DNA from: Bacteroidales bacterium
GTDB lineage: Bacteria; Bacteroidota; Bacteroidia; Bacteroidales; UBA12077
Direction of reading: 5' to 3'
Assembly (NCBI GenBank): GCA_021108325.1
Contig: JAIORB010000027.1
Location: forward strand, 20,469 to 84,468
Length of the DNA stretch: 64,000 nucleotides
The notes beneath the pieces were generated by a model that had not been told where the DNA came from, ran no database searches, and was given only the letters and a program-made list of their open reading frames with translations. This document shows positions 27,892 to 38,500 of the stretch, one piece after another (the stretch's first letter is position 1; each line of letters begins with the position of its first letter). The position numbers were made by a program, and so were the translations under genes.

Positions 27892-29007
27892 ATGTCATAT
27901 TCTAAAAAACAAATATTAGATGCCTTAAGGAATGTAAAGCATCCTGAAACAGCCCAGGATATTGTGGCAATGGGAATGGTTGATGATGTTTGGATTGAAG
28001 GAAATAAAGCTGGTTTCACACTAAGTTTTAAAAAGCCTACCGATCCATTTATTAATTCAATGCAAAAAGTTTGTATTCAAGCTTTGGAACAGCATTTAGG
28101 CAAAGATCTTGATTTTACAGGTAATATTAAAATTAAAACTCCTGAAAAGAAAGCACCAAAAGGTGATTTGAATACGCAATCAATGAAAGATGTGAAAAAT
28201 ATTATCGCTGTAGCTTCCGGCAAAGGTGGTGTTGGAAAATCAACAGTGGCTACCAACCTGGCAATTTCGCTTGCAAAAACAGGAGCTAAAGTTGGATTAA
28301 TTGATGCTGATATTTACGGACCGTCAATTCCTAAAATGCTAAATGTCGAAGGCCAAAGACCTCTTGTTCGTAAAGTTGATGATGTTGATATTATAACTCC
28401 AATTGAAAACTATGGAGTAAAAATATTATCGATAGGATTTTTTATTAATCCCGAAGATGCTTTGGTTTGGCGTGGGCCTATGGCCACAAATGCTTTAAAA
28501 CAACTGATACATCAGGCTGAATGGGGCGAGATTGATTATCTTGTTGTCGATTTACCTCCCGGAACAAGCGATATTCATTTAACTTTAGTTCAGGAAGTTT
28601 CTTTAACAGGCGCTATTATTGTTAGTACTCCGCAGGACGTGGCACTTGCCGATGCTATTAAAGGAATAAAAATGTTTACCGGAAAAAACATAAATGTTCC
28701 TGTTTTAGGGTTAATTGAAAATATGTCGTGGTTTACACCCGAAGAACTGCCAGATAATAAATATTATATTTTTGGCAAAGATGGTTGTAAAAATCTTGCA
28801 GAAAAGGAAAATCTTCCTTTTCTTGGTCAAATTCCAATAGTTCAAAGCATTCGAGAAGGAGGTGACTTTGGAAACCCTGCTGTAATGGACGAAGGTTCTT
28901 TAGTAGAAAAAGCGTTTAAAGAATTATCAGCGTCTATTATTAAAGCAGTTGATGATAGAAATGCTAATTTAGAACCAACGAAAATAGTTGAGATAAAAAC
29001 TAAATAA
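27892..29007 (+). CDS. apbC: Mrp/NBP35/ApbC-family Fe-S cluster carrier ATPase
   Basis: N-terminal DUF59-like domain, deviant Walker A ASGKGGVGKST, and a ParA/MinD-like fold. Confidence 0.85.
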   Translation: MSYSKKQILDALRNVKHPETAQDIVAMGMVDDVWIEGNKAGFTLSFKKPTDPFINSMQKVCIQALEQHLGKDLDFTGNIKIKTPEKKAPKGDLNTQSMKDVKNIIAVASGKGGVGKSTVATNLAISLAKTGAKVGLIDADIYGPSIPKMLNVEGQRPLVRKVDDVDIITPIENYGVKILSIGFFINPEDALVWRGPMATNALKQLIHQAEWGEIDYLVVDLPPGTSDIHLTLVQEVSLTGAIIVSTPQDVALADAIKGIKMFTGKNINVPVLGLIENMSWFTPEELPDNKYYIFGKDGCKNLAEKENLPFLGQIPIVQSIREGGDFGNPAVMDEGSLVEKAFKELSASIIKAVDDRNANLEPTKIVEIKTK

Positions 29008-29033
29008 TAAATATAATTTAAAAATAATTTAAA

Positions 29034-29279
29034 ATGGACGAAGCTAGAAGACAAGATTTTGAAAAAAGAATAAATGAATCAATTGAAATGGTAAGACCTT
29101 ATCTTGTTGCAGATGGTGGAGATATCAGATTTGTGGAGTTAACTGACGATATGGTTGTGAAGGTAGAATTATTAGGTGCGTGTGGGTCATGCCCTTATAG
29201 TATCCAGACTTTAAAAAATGGCGTTGAACAAGCAATGAGAAAACAAATTCCTGAAATAAAAGAAGTTGTTTCTGCTTAA
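29034..29279 (+). CDS. NifU C-terminal-domain (Nfu-like) protein
   Basis: 81 aa with GACGSCPYS CxxC motif, directly downstream of the Mrp gene. Confidence 0.8.
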   Translation: MDEARRQDFEKRINESIEMVRPYLVADGGDIRFVELTDDMVVKVELLGACGSCPYSIQTLKNGVEQAMRKQIPEIKEVVSA

Positions 29280-29310
29280 ATAGTAAACGGTATTTTATTA
29301 ATATTTGAAG

Positions 29311-29340
29311 AAAATGGATGTTAAATTTAACATCCATTTT
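29311..29340 (+). terminator. perfect 30-nt palindromic terminator after the Nfu-like gene
   Basis: aaaatggatgttaaa / tttaacatccatttt followed by cttttat. Confidence 0.65.
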
Positions 29341-29475
29341 CTTTTATGTGATATTCAATTTATTTACTAGTTTTATACTTTTCATATTTATTGAAATAAA
29401 TTTACAATTTAAATAATATTTCAAAGAAATTACGGTTTAAAATAATTGGGTTACAATAGTTAAAATAATCATCTG

Positions 29476-32184
29476 GTGAATCGAATTTTTAAATATTGCT
29501 TTTTTATAATCATTATATTTTCTGTTGGGTCAGGTTGTTCAACTAAGAAGAATACCGGGCTTACCAGATTTTATCATGGATTGACCACTAAATACAATAT
29601 CCTTTTTAATGGTACTGAAAGTTACAAGGAAGGGATAAAAAAGTATAAAGAATCGTATGTGGATGATTATTCACAAGTATTACCCGTTTTTATTTATGGA
29701 GATGAGGAGTTAGCTGCAAGTACTAAACCACAAATGGATAGAACAATTGAAAAATCTACAAAATCAATAAGATTACATTCCATTACCAAAAAGCCGGATC
29801 AGGATAAAGGTGCTATGTCGCAAAAAGACAAGGACTTCTATAGTAAAAATGAATATAACGCTTATATCGATGATTCCTATTTAATAATGGGGAAAGCTTT
29901 TTTTTATCAGGCCGATTACGGAAGTGCGATCAGAATATTCGATTTTATAATAAAGCAATTTGATGATGAAAAAACAAAATACCTTGCATACAATTGGCTT
30001 GTACGTTCGAATATTGAAATAAAGGATTATCGCGAAGCTCAAAGTATTATCGATTTTTTAATGAGTGATATGGATTATCCTGAAAAGCTAGATTATCAAC
30101 TTAACTCAACCCAGGCAGACTTTTACTTAAAACAACAAAAATTTACTGAGGCAGAACCGTATGTTGCAGAAGCTTTAAATCTGGTTAAAAAGAAAAAAGA
30201 AAAAATTCGATTAACTTTTATTCATGCACAACTAAAAGAAGAAATAGGTAGCTCCAAAGAGGCCTCTGAATTATATGAAGCGGTCATAAAAATGAATCCT
30301 TCTTATGAAATGGCTTTTAATGCAAAAATTAAAAGAGCAACACTATTTACCGGGGGAAAATCAGCAAAATCTATAAAAGCTGAATTATTGGATATGCTCA
30401 AGGATGATAAAAATATTGAATATCAAGACCAGATATATTTTGCTCTTGGTGAGCTTGAAATGAAAAATAACAATGTTATACAAGCCATTAAGTATTACCA
30501 GATGTCAGCGAAAACAAGCATTTCAAATACAAATCAGAAGGCATTAACATTTCTTGCTCTTGCTAATATATTTTTCGATAGAACCAATTATGTGGAGTCA
30601 CAAGCATACTTTGATAGTGCGGTTGTATCATTGGATCCTGAATTTCCCGGATATGCAGAACTTGCCAGGAAAAATCAATATTTATCAAAACTTGTAAAAA
30701 ATTTAAAAGAGGTCAATTTTCAGGATAGTGTACAAATGGTTGCTGCGATGACCGAAACAGAAAGAACCAGGTTTATCCAAAAAATTATTCAAGACCTTCA
30801 GGAAAAAGAGGCAGCCGAGCTGGAAAGGCAAAGAGCCCAGGAAATGGCAGGGATGAATGATTTAAGCAGAACCAGTACTCGTCCCACAACTTCGTTAACA
30901 GAAAGCGGGAAGTGGTATTTTTATAATCCATCGGCTAAAAGTTTTGGGGAACCTGAATTTAGAAGACGTTGGGGTAACAGAAAGCTTGAAGATAACTGGC
31001 GACGAAAAAACAAACAAATTGCTGGTATTGAACAAATCTCCGAAGAAGAATTTTCTGATGAAGTTATTGATAATAAGATTGGCTTAGATAAGAAATCACC
31101 TGAATATTACATGATTGATTTACCACTGACAGATTCTGCCATGAAAATGTCGCATAAAAAAATTCAAACAGCATTTTTTAATATTGGGGAAGTTTATCGA
31201 AACGACTTAAAAGATTATCCAATGGCTGTAGATGCTTATAAAGAGCTTATTGAAAGATATCCCGAAAGTGAATATAAAGTGCCTTCATATTATAGCCTAT
31301 ATAAAGTATATTCTCAACAGGGAGATAATGCTCAGGCTGATGTGTATAGAAATATGATTATACGTAATTATCCTGATTCAAAATATGCTAAAGTCTTAGT
31401 TGATCCAAACTTTTTTAAACAATTTGAACGGGAGGAGAATGAGCGAAAAGAGCATTATTCAAAAACATTAGATTTATACAAACAGAGAAAATATTCTGAT
31501 GTAATTCGTCGAAGTAATTTGGCTCTTAATAAAGATCCCAATACTGAATACACCCCTAAATACAGATATTTAAGAGCTTTAGCAATGGGAGAGATTTATG
31601 GAGTTACCGTTTTAAAATCTGAATTAGAAAAGATAAAAGAAGAATTTAAAACAGATCCTGTAGCAAAATCATCTGAAGATTTATTGGCAGCAATACAAGA
31701 AAATGAGTTGAAAAGTTTAAAAGATTTAAATACCAAGCAAATAGCAGATACCACAAGCGATGGAGAAATTATAGATGATGAAATTGCTCAAAAAACCATC
31801 GAGGAAATCGAAAAAATATATAAGTATAATCCTGAAGCAAAACATTATTTAGCTATAATAATAGCAAAGAGAGCCGATATTAACCAGTTAAAATTTAATA
31901 TTATAAACTTTAATCTCGATTTTTATATACAGGAAAGTTACGATATTGAAAGTAAAGAGCTTAATAAATTCTTTACAATTATTACTGTTAATCAATTTAA
32001 AAATTCAGAAGAAGGATTAGAGTATTACAATAAATTTGATGCCGAACAAGAAAGAGTTTTTACAGATGTAAAAAGTTCTGAGTACCAGTTTTTTATTATT
32101 TCTGAAGCGAATCTAACGAATCTTGCCAAAGAAAAAATGGTTCGTGATTATTTATTGTTTTACAGGAATAATTATCAGGAATAA
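29476..32184 (+). CDS. sprE: TPR-repeat lipoprotein, probable T9SS/gliding protein SprE/PorW
   Basis: Lipobox VGSGCSTKKNTGLTRFYHGLTTKYNILFNG, the N-terminal pattern I recall for SprE/PorW. About 900 aa with TPR-like repeats, adjacent to porX. GTG start. Confidence 0.6.
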   Translation: MNRIFKYCFFIIIIFSVGSGCSTKKNTGLTRFYHGLTTKYNILFNGTESYKEGIKKYKESYVDDYSQVLPVFIYGDEELAASTKPQMDRTIEKSTKSIRLHSITKKPDQDKGAMSQKDKDFYSKNEYNAYIDDSYLIMGKAFFYQADYGSAIRIFDFIIKQFDDEKTKYLAYNWLVRSNIEIKDYREAQSIIDFLMSDMDYPEKLDYQLNSTQADFYLKQQKFTEAEPYVAEALNLVKKKKEKIRLTFIHAQLKEEIGSSKEASELYEAVIKMNPSYEMAFNAKIKRATLFTGGKSAKSIKAELLDMLKDDKNIEYQDQIYFALGELEMKNNNVIQAIKYYQMSAKTSISNTNQKALTFLALANIFFDRTNYVESQAYFDSAVVSLDPEFPGYAELARKNQYLSKLVKNLKEVNFQDSVQMVAAMTETERTRFIQKIIQDLQEKEAAELERQRAQEMAGMNDLSRTSTRPTTSLTESGKWYFYNPSAKSFGEPEFRRRWGNRKLEDNWRRKNKQIAGIEQISEEEFSDEVIDNKIGLDKKSPEYYMIDLPLTDSAMKMSHKKIQTAFFNIGEVYRNDLKDYPMAVDAYKELIERYPESEYKVPSYYSLYKVYSQQGDNAQADVYRNMIIRNYPDSKYAKVLVDPNFFKQFEREENERKEHYSKTLDLYKQRKYSDVIRRSNLALNKDPNTEYTPKYRYLRALAMGEIYGVTVLKSELEKIKEEFKTDPVAKSSEDLLAAIQENELKSLKDLNTKQIADTTSDGEIIDDEIAQKTIEEIEKIYKYNPEAKHYLAIIIAKRADINQLKFNIINFNLDFYIQESYDIESKELNKFFTIITVNQFKNSEEGLEYYNKFDAEQERVFTDVKSSEYQFFIISEANLTNLAKEKMVRDYLLFYRNNYQE

Positions 32185-32231
32185 TTATTGTAGTGACCAG
32201 AACGGAAGTATAAAATCAAAAATTGTTTTAA

Positions 32232-33785
32232 ATGAAGAAGGTTAGCATTTTATGGACTGATGATGAGATTGATCTTTTAAAGCCATATATACTTTTTTTA
32301 GAAGAAAAGGGTTTTGAATTGTCAACAGCAAGTAATGGTGATGATGCAATTGAAATGGTTAAAGAACAGGACTTTGACCTTGTTTTTTTGGATGAAAACA
32401 TGCCGGGTTTAAGTGGTCTGCAAACATTAACTTACATTAAAGAAATAAAACCTGATATTCCTGTTATAATGATTACCAAAAGCGAAGAAGAGAATATTAT
32501 GGACGAGGCTATCGGGTCAAAAATTGCAGATTATTTAATTAAACCGGTAAATCCTAAACAAATTCTTCTAAGCATTAAAAAGAATATTGATACTAAAAGA
32601 TTAATCTCTGAAAAAACATTGTCGGGTTATCAATCAGAATTTGGGAAGATAGGATTGAAAACTTCCGAAGCAAATTCATTTAACGATTGGGTTGAACTCT
32701 ATAAGAAACTTGTTTATTGGGAACTCGAACTTGAGCAAAATGAAGAAACCGGGATGCAGGAGGTTTTTAAAATGCAAAAATCTGATGCCAATAAGGAATT
32801 TGCCAGGTTTATAAAAAATAATTACGAATCCTGGTTTGCTGGTTCAGAAGAGAAACCAATGATGTCGCCAAACTTATTTAAAGATCGGATATTCCCGATG
32901 CTTGATAAAGGCCAAAAAGTATTTGTTTTGGTAATAGATAATTTCAGGTATGATCAATGGAAATTAGTACAGCCTTTAATTAACGATTATTTTATAGTAG
33001 AATCCGAAGAATTATATTGTGGTATTTTACCAACAGCCACCCAATATGCTCGAAATGCAATTTTTGCGGGTTTAATGCCGTATGAAATTGACAAACTTTA
33101 TCCTGAATACTGGTTACATGATGAGGAAGAAGGCGGGAAAAATATGAAAGAAGAAGAGTTGTTTCAAACACAACTTTCGCGGCATGGGAAAAAGTATAAG
33201 TATTTCTACGAGAAAATAAGCAAGTTGAAAACTGGCGAAAAACTCGTTGAAAACATAAAGGATTTACTTAATAATCAGTTAAATATTTTAGTTTACAATT
33301 ATATTGATATGCTTTCGCATGCAAGAACCGAAATAGAAATGATTCGTGAACTTGCAAATGATGAACCGGCCTATCGGTCTTTAACTTTATCGTGGTTTAA
33401 ACATTCGCCTTTGTTTGCTTTAATAAAGGAATTGCAGCAACAGGATGTTAAAATTGTTATTACAACAGATCATGGAACTATTAGAGTTAAAAACCCGGTT
33501 AAAGTAATCGGAGATAAGAATACATCAACGAATCTTCGATATAAAAACGGACGGAATCTAAATTATAATCCAAAAGAGGTTTTTGAAATTCGCGACCCGC
33601 AAAAAGCACACTTGCCAAAATCGCATATCAGCACAAGCTATATTTTTGCTATAAACGATGACTTCCTTGCCTATCCGAATAATTTTAATTACTATGTAAA
33701 TTACTACAAAGACACCTTTCAGCATGGCGGAGTATCTTTAGAGGAAATGATAATTCCATTCATCAAATTAAAACCAAATAGTTAA
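32232..33785 (+). CDS. porX: response regulator with PglZ/alkaline-phosphatase-superfamily domain (PorX type)
   Basis: Receiver domain (ILWTDDEIDLLKPYILFLEEKG ... DLVFLDENMPGLSG ... KP) fused to a C-terminal PglZ-like domain (TTDHGT); 517 aa, matching PorX architecture. Confidence 0.75.
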   Translation: MKKVSILWTDDEIDLLKPYILFLEEKGFELSTASNGDDAIEMVKEQDFDLVFLDENMPGLSGLQTLTYIKEIKPDIPVIMITKSEEENIMDEAIGSKIADYLIKPVNPKQILLSIKKNIDTKRLISEKTLSGYQSEFGKIGLKTSEANSFNDWVELYKKLVYWELELEQNEETGMQEVFKMQKSDANKEFARFIKNNYESWFAGSEEKPMMSPNLFKDRIFPMLDKGQKVFVLVIDNFRYDQWKLVQPLINDYFIVESEELYCGILPTATQYARNAIFAGLMPYEIDKLYPEYWLHDEEEGGKNMKEEELFQTQLSRHGKKYKYFYEKISKLKTGEKLVENIKDLLNNQLNILVYNYIDMLSHARTEIEMIRELANDEPAYRSLTLSWFKHSPLFALIKELQQQDVKIVITTDHGTIRVKNPVKVIGDKNTSTNLRYKNGRNLNYNPKEVFEIRDPQKAHLPKSHISTSYIFAINDDFLAYPNNFNYYVNYYKDTFQHGGVSLEEMIIPFIKLKPNS

Positions 33786-33807
33786 AAATTTTCCTTAAAT
33801 TGCATAT

Positions 33808-34224
33808 ATGGATTCATTGATTTTAAAATCTTTGTCGGATTTAAATATTATTGCTGATAAGTTTCTTCGATTAATGCGCGATAAGAAGGTGTTCGCATTT
33901 TTTGGTCCGATGGGTGTTGGGAAAACAACTTTTATTAAAGCTTTATGCAACGAGTTGGGTGTTGTTGAAATTGTAACAAGTCCTACGTTTGCTTTGATTA
34001 ATGAATACCAAACAGGAAAAGGAGAAATTATTTACCATTTTGACTTTTACAGGATAAAAAAGATTGAAGAAGTATATGATTTTGGTTACGAAGAATATTT
34101 CTTTTCCGGAAATTATTGTTTTATAGAATGGCCCGATAAAGTAGCTGAAATTCTTCCTGAAAATGTGGTGTTTGTGCAAATGGTAGAAAACGAGGATGGA
34201 TCAAGAACGATAAACATCCGTTAA
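33808..34224 (+). CDS. tsaE: tRNA t6A37 biosynthesis ATPase TsaE
   Basis: 138 aa, P-loop GPMGVGKTTF, SPTFALINEY and HFDFYR motifs. Confidence 0.85.
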   Translation: MDSLILKSLSDLNIIADKFLRLMRDKKVFAFFGPMGVGKTTFIKALCNELGVVEIVTSPTFALINEYQTGKGEIIYHFDFYRIKKIEEVYDFGYEEYFFSGNYCFIEWPDKVAEILPENVVFVQMVENEDGSRTINIR

Positions 34225-34335
34225 TTTTTCACTTTAATTTACAAAAGTTCATCATAAAATACTTGAAAATGCCAAGTATTTATGTTATTTTGGAAATCTT
34301 CTTTAGTTATAAATTCATCCCAAACCAGAGTAAAT

Positions 34336-35556
34336 ATGTCTGATAAAGAGGAAAAAACAGGATACACATTTGGAAGAACGGGGTTCTTACCACAGGAAGA
34401 AATGCTTGAAACAGGTAAAAAGAAACAAAAACTTGTAATAGGAATTTCCAAAGAAAACAAAAAACACGAAAGTCGTGTAGGGTTAACTCCTGAAGCTGTT
34501 GATATTCTTGTAAATAACGGGCATGAGATAATAATTGAAAAAGGAGCGGGCTTAGCAGCAAATTATACCGATACAGATTATAGTGAGAATGGAGCTCAAA
34601 TTGTTGATAGTAAATCGGAAGTGTATCAGTGCGATATTATTTTAAAAATAGCTCCTCCTACAATTGAAGAAATAGAACTTTTTAAAACTAACCAGATTCT
34701 TTTATCATCCTTACATTTTCCATCTCAAAGCGAAGAATATATAAGAAAATTGATGCGAAAAAAAGTTACTGCAATTTCTTTCGAAGGATTAAAAGATCGG
34801 GAAAATTGTTATCCTGTTGTTCGTTCTATGAGCGAAATTGCAGGAACAACATCAATATTTATTGCTGCGGAATATCTTAGTAATGTTCATGAAGGCAAAG
34901 GCGTTTTGCTTGGAGGTATTACAGGAATTACACCAACAGAAGTTATTATTTTAGGAGCAGGAACAGCAGCTGAATATGCTGCCAGAGCTGCATTGGGTTT
35001 GGGAGCTTTTATAAAAGTTTTTGATCATTCTGTTGCAAAATTAAAAAGGTTGCAAACAAATCTTTCAAATCGATTATTTACCTCTGTGTTTCATCCGAAA
35101 GTTATGAAAAAACATTTAAAATCGGCTGATATTGTTATCGGGGCAATACATCTGGGAGATAGAGGCCCTCAGTTCCTTATTACAGAAGAAATGGTAAAAG
35201 GAATGAAAAAAGGTGCTGTTATTATTGATTTAAGTATTGACCAGGGTGGGTGTATCGAAACTTCAGAATGCAGGAATCATTCAAATCCGATTTATACAAA
35301 ATTTGGTGTTATACATTATTGTGTTCCAAACATTGCCTCACGAGTGGCCCGAACGGCTTCTATTGCTTTGAGTAATGTTTTTAATCCATTATTGTTAAGT
35401 ATTGCAGATGCCGGGGGTGTTCAGAGGCAACTTAAAGACGACCTTGGTTTGAGGCACGGAGTGTATATTTACAATGGAATATTAACAAATAGTAGAATTG
35501 GAGATCATTTTAGTATTCCGTCTAAAGATATTAATTTATTGATGGCTGCGTTTTAA
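34336..35556 (+). CDS. alanine dehydrogenase / PNT-family NAD(H) enzyme
   Basis: AlaDH/PNT N- and C-domains with Rossmann motif ILGAGTAAEYAARAALGLGA. ATG 34336 (MSDKEEK) preferred over the longer track start. Confidence 0.65.
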   Translation: MSDKEEKTGYTFGRTGFLPQEEMLETGKKKQKLVIGISKENKKHESRVGLTPEAVDILVNNGHEIIIEKGAGLAANYTDTDYSENGAQIVDSKSEVYQCDIILKIAPPTIEEIELFKTNQILLSSLHFPSQSEEYIRKLMRKKVTAISFEGLKDRENCYPVVRSMSEIAGTTSIFIAAEYLSNVHEGKGVLLGGITGITPTEVIILGAGTAAEYAARAALGLGAFIKVFDHSVAKLKRLQTNLSNRLFTSVFHPKVMKKHLKSADIVIGAIHLGDRGPQFLITEEMVKGMKKGAVIIDLSIDQGGCIETSECRNHSNPIYTKFGVIHYCVPNIASRVARTASIALSNVFNPLLLSIADAGGVQRQLKDDLGLRHGVYIYNGILTNSRIGDHFSIPSKDINLLMAAF

Positions 35557-38500
35557 TTAGAAAAAAGCTCTTAATTGAAGACTCCCGGAATGAATTGTCT
35601 TTATATTTTCTGAAACTCGTCCATTATATATTATGTTCATCTCGATATTTCCGGCCAGTTTTTTTTGAAACATTAAACTCCAGGTAGCATTATGTCCGGG
35701 CTTTAGACCTTGTAACATTTCATAGGCTATTGATGTATTCGGATCAGAATTATAGTTAATATTCAGATAATTACCTTTAACAAGCAAATTCCCTTTTTTA
35801 GCAATAGAATAATTTATCTCGGTTCCAATTTTATGAATTTCGCTTTTCTCAGTTAATAACTTATTGTTTTTATCAGAATAGCTGTAATTTAATTCAATTT
35901 TCGTTTGAAATCCGGGTTGATACTGAATCTTAAGTTCGTTTGTCATATTTTCAATTTGATAATTTTTTAAACTAAAAAACTCCGATTCATATTTTTTATT
36001 CCCAATTTCAAAATAATATTGAAAATTGAAATCCTGGACGAATTTCCACCTTAATTTAAATCCATGCGAATATTTTTCACGTGTATCAAACCCGTTGGAT
36101 AATAATATTTTGTTCGTATTTTCTTGATAAATGTAATCTGCTCCAAATTTAGAACCGGACCGATTAAACGAAAAAATATTTCTAATACTTTGATTTAAAC
36201 TGATAACAGTACTGTCGTCTGATTTTAGATAAAAGGGATTTAAACTGTGCTCCAGCATTTTATTTGTTGATTTTTGATTTGTTTGAAAAGCAAAACTGTT
36301 GGAGAATTTTGATAATATTTTTTTAAATCCTTTTTTTGATTTCCAAACCACCTCTGGTCTTATGTTAAGCACTTGGCTAAATTCATTCTTATATGTTTTT
36401 AAATATTCATTACCGGGCGAGTAAATTCTAATATAGTTTGCCTCGTCTTGAAATTGTGCAATTTCAAATTCGTCTAATTCTGCAATTCCATTGTTGTTAT
36501 AATCTTCCCATTTATAAATTCCTTGTCCGGTTGATACTTTAAGATATGAGTATTCTCTTTTTGGCTCGAGGCCGGAACCTGCTTCGTAAAATGTTAAGGA
36601 TGAAATTGCTCCTTTAAAAATCCGCAAATTATAATCAATTCGACCTGTAATAGTATTTTCTCCTTTTTCCTGTGATATAGTTGTGTCTGATATTTCTAAT
36701 TTTCGATATGTAACATTTGTTTTTAATATGCTGGATGGATTTTTTAACAGACTAAATCCAATCTGGAAATCTTCGGCTTTTGTACTTTGTATGAGTTTGT
36801 TGTCTGTTGGTAATAAATCATTCCTTAATTTATAACTTATCGAGTATTTGTTTATTGTTGAATCAGGGTTTTGAATATATATACGATAAGATGAAAAGCT
36901 AAAGCTATTATTTAATAAACTGTCTGTTTGATTATTTTTCCATTGATTATGTTCAAGTTCATTTTCAAATCCGAGTTCAATATTTTTATAAGATTTAGAT
37001 AAACCGGCTAAATATCTGACGAATTGGGTATTATTAATTTTAGTATCTGTATTTAATAAACTGGAATTAAAATTGAAAGCAAAACCAGATTTATTTATTG
37101 ATGTATTCAGTTGTTGCTTGTAGCCGGTATAATCATCATTACTTGATAATAATCCGAATCCATAATTGCTATAAAAAGATTTCTTATGTCGATACAACAA
37201 ATTAACTTCCGCAAAATGTTCGTCCTGTACAAATGGTGTTTGTATGTTCCAATCTCTTTCGAATTCAACTGTTCGGAATCTTTCGACAGACGTAAAATAT
37301 TTATTTATTAGTTGATACGAAATTGCTGTTTTTAATGAGTTTTTAATTGTATCTGATTTTAAAATACTTTTTAAAACATTTAGTTTTAGTGCATATCCGG
37401 TATTATCAGCAGCATCTTTGGTCGAAAAAGTATTCAAATCATAATTACTTAAAGCAAATTCAAAATTTGTATTAGTTGTGTTGTTTAGTTTTAATTCTCC
37501 ACCAATACTAACCATCTGTTGCTTTTTAGGAGCAATTAATAAACGAACAGGTTCGTAATTACCTTGCGGGATTCCCGAGACAGGGGCAATCCATTCAAAA
37601 ACTTTTCCGTTAGCCGAATTCTGGATTTGTATATAATTACCTTTATTTTCGCCAATTAAGCTATAGCCAACCTGGTAAATTGCAAGGGAAGGATTTGTTG
37701 AGTATTCGTAAATCTCGTAATTGATGCTATTTACAATTGTATCTTTTCGGGCATATAAAACATAATCACTTCTGAAATCAACACTATCAACATTTGGCAC
37801 AAAAGCATTTTCAATGTTATCGCCCGATTCTGAAAGTAGTTGTTTTTGTTCATTAGTCAGATCCTGGTTTATAGTTTGGTTTTTACTATCCTGTTCGGAG
37901 TAGATATTTAACCAAAATGTACCATTTTGTGTTTTTAATTCATTGGCACTATAAATTAAAAACCTGGCATAACTTCTTTCTGAATATTCGAATTCAACGG
38001 AAATTCTGGAATCTTTGGTAATTGGCTTGTTTGCAGTAAAAGTAACTTCACCTGTATTGTAGTCAATTACATAATCATATTCTTTACCCCTGGTTTGTAT
38101 TTTGCCATCAATATATACTTTTTCTGTTCCTGCTAAAACAATAATATATTGTTCGTTTTCGCATCCGGTTAATTTATAAGGTCCTTGATTTCCTTCCTGT
38201 CCTTGAAATGTCTTTCGACAATATTTACCCTTTGTAACGGCTCCGCTTATTGTAGTTTCAAAACTATTTGATTCGTTTTTTTTACTTTTAAACTTGGTGT
38301 TTAATAATCCTCCCTGGGCTTTTTTATTAATATTCATGAAATGTCCCTGAGGTTTATAGATTTCAAAATCTCCGGCGATTAATTTTGTTCTTTCATTATA
38401 TAGTTGGATAAAAACCTTATCAAAATCTTGTATTTGTTGTGAATTTCCATCGGGCTGTATCGGAATGTTTTCATCCGAAATGGCAGCTAAAATGTGCATG

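Noticed and set aside
32232-33785. PglZ domain as a hint of a BREX-type defence system
   Set aside because: The PglZ domain is fused to a CheY-like receiver, which is the PorX architecture. No BREX partners (pglX, brxC, brxL etc.) are nearby.
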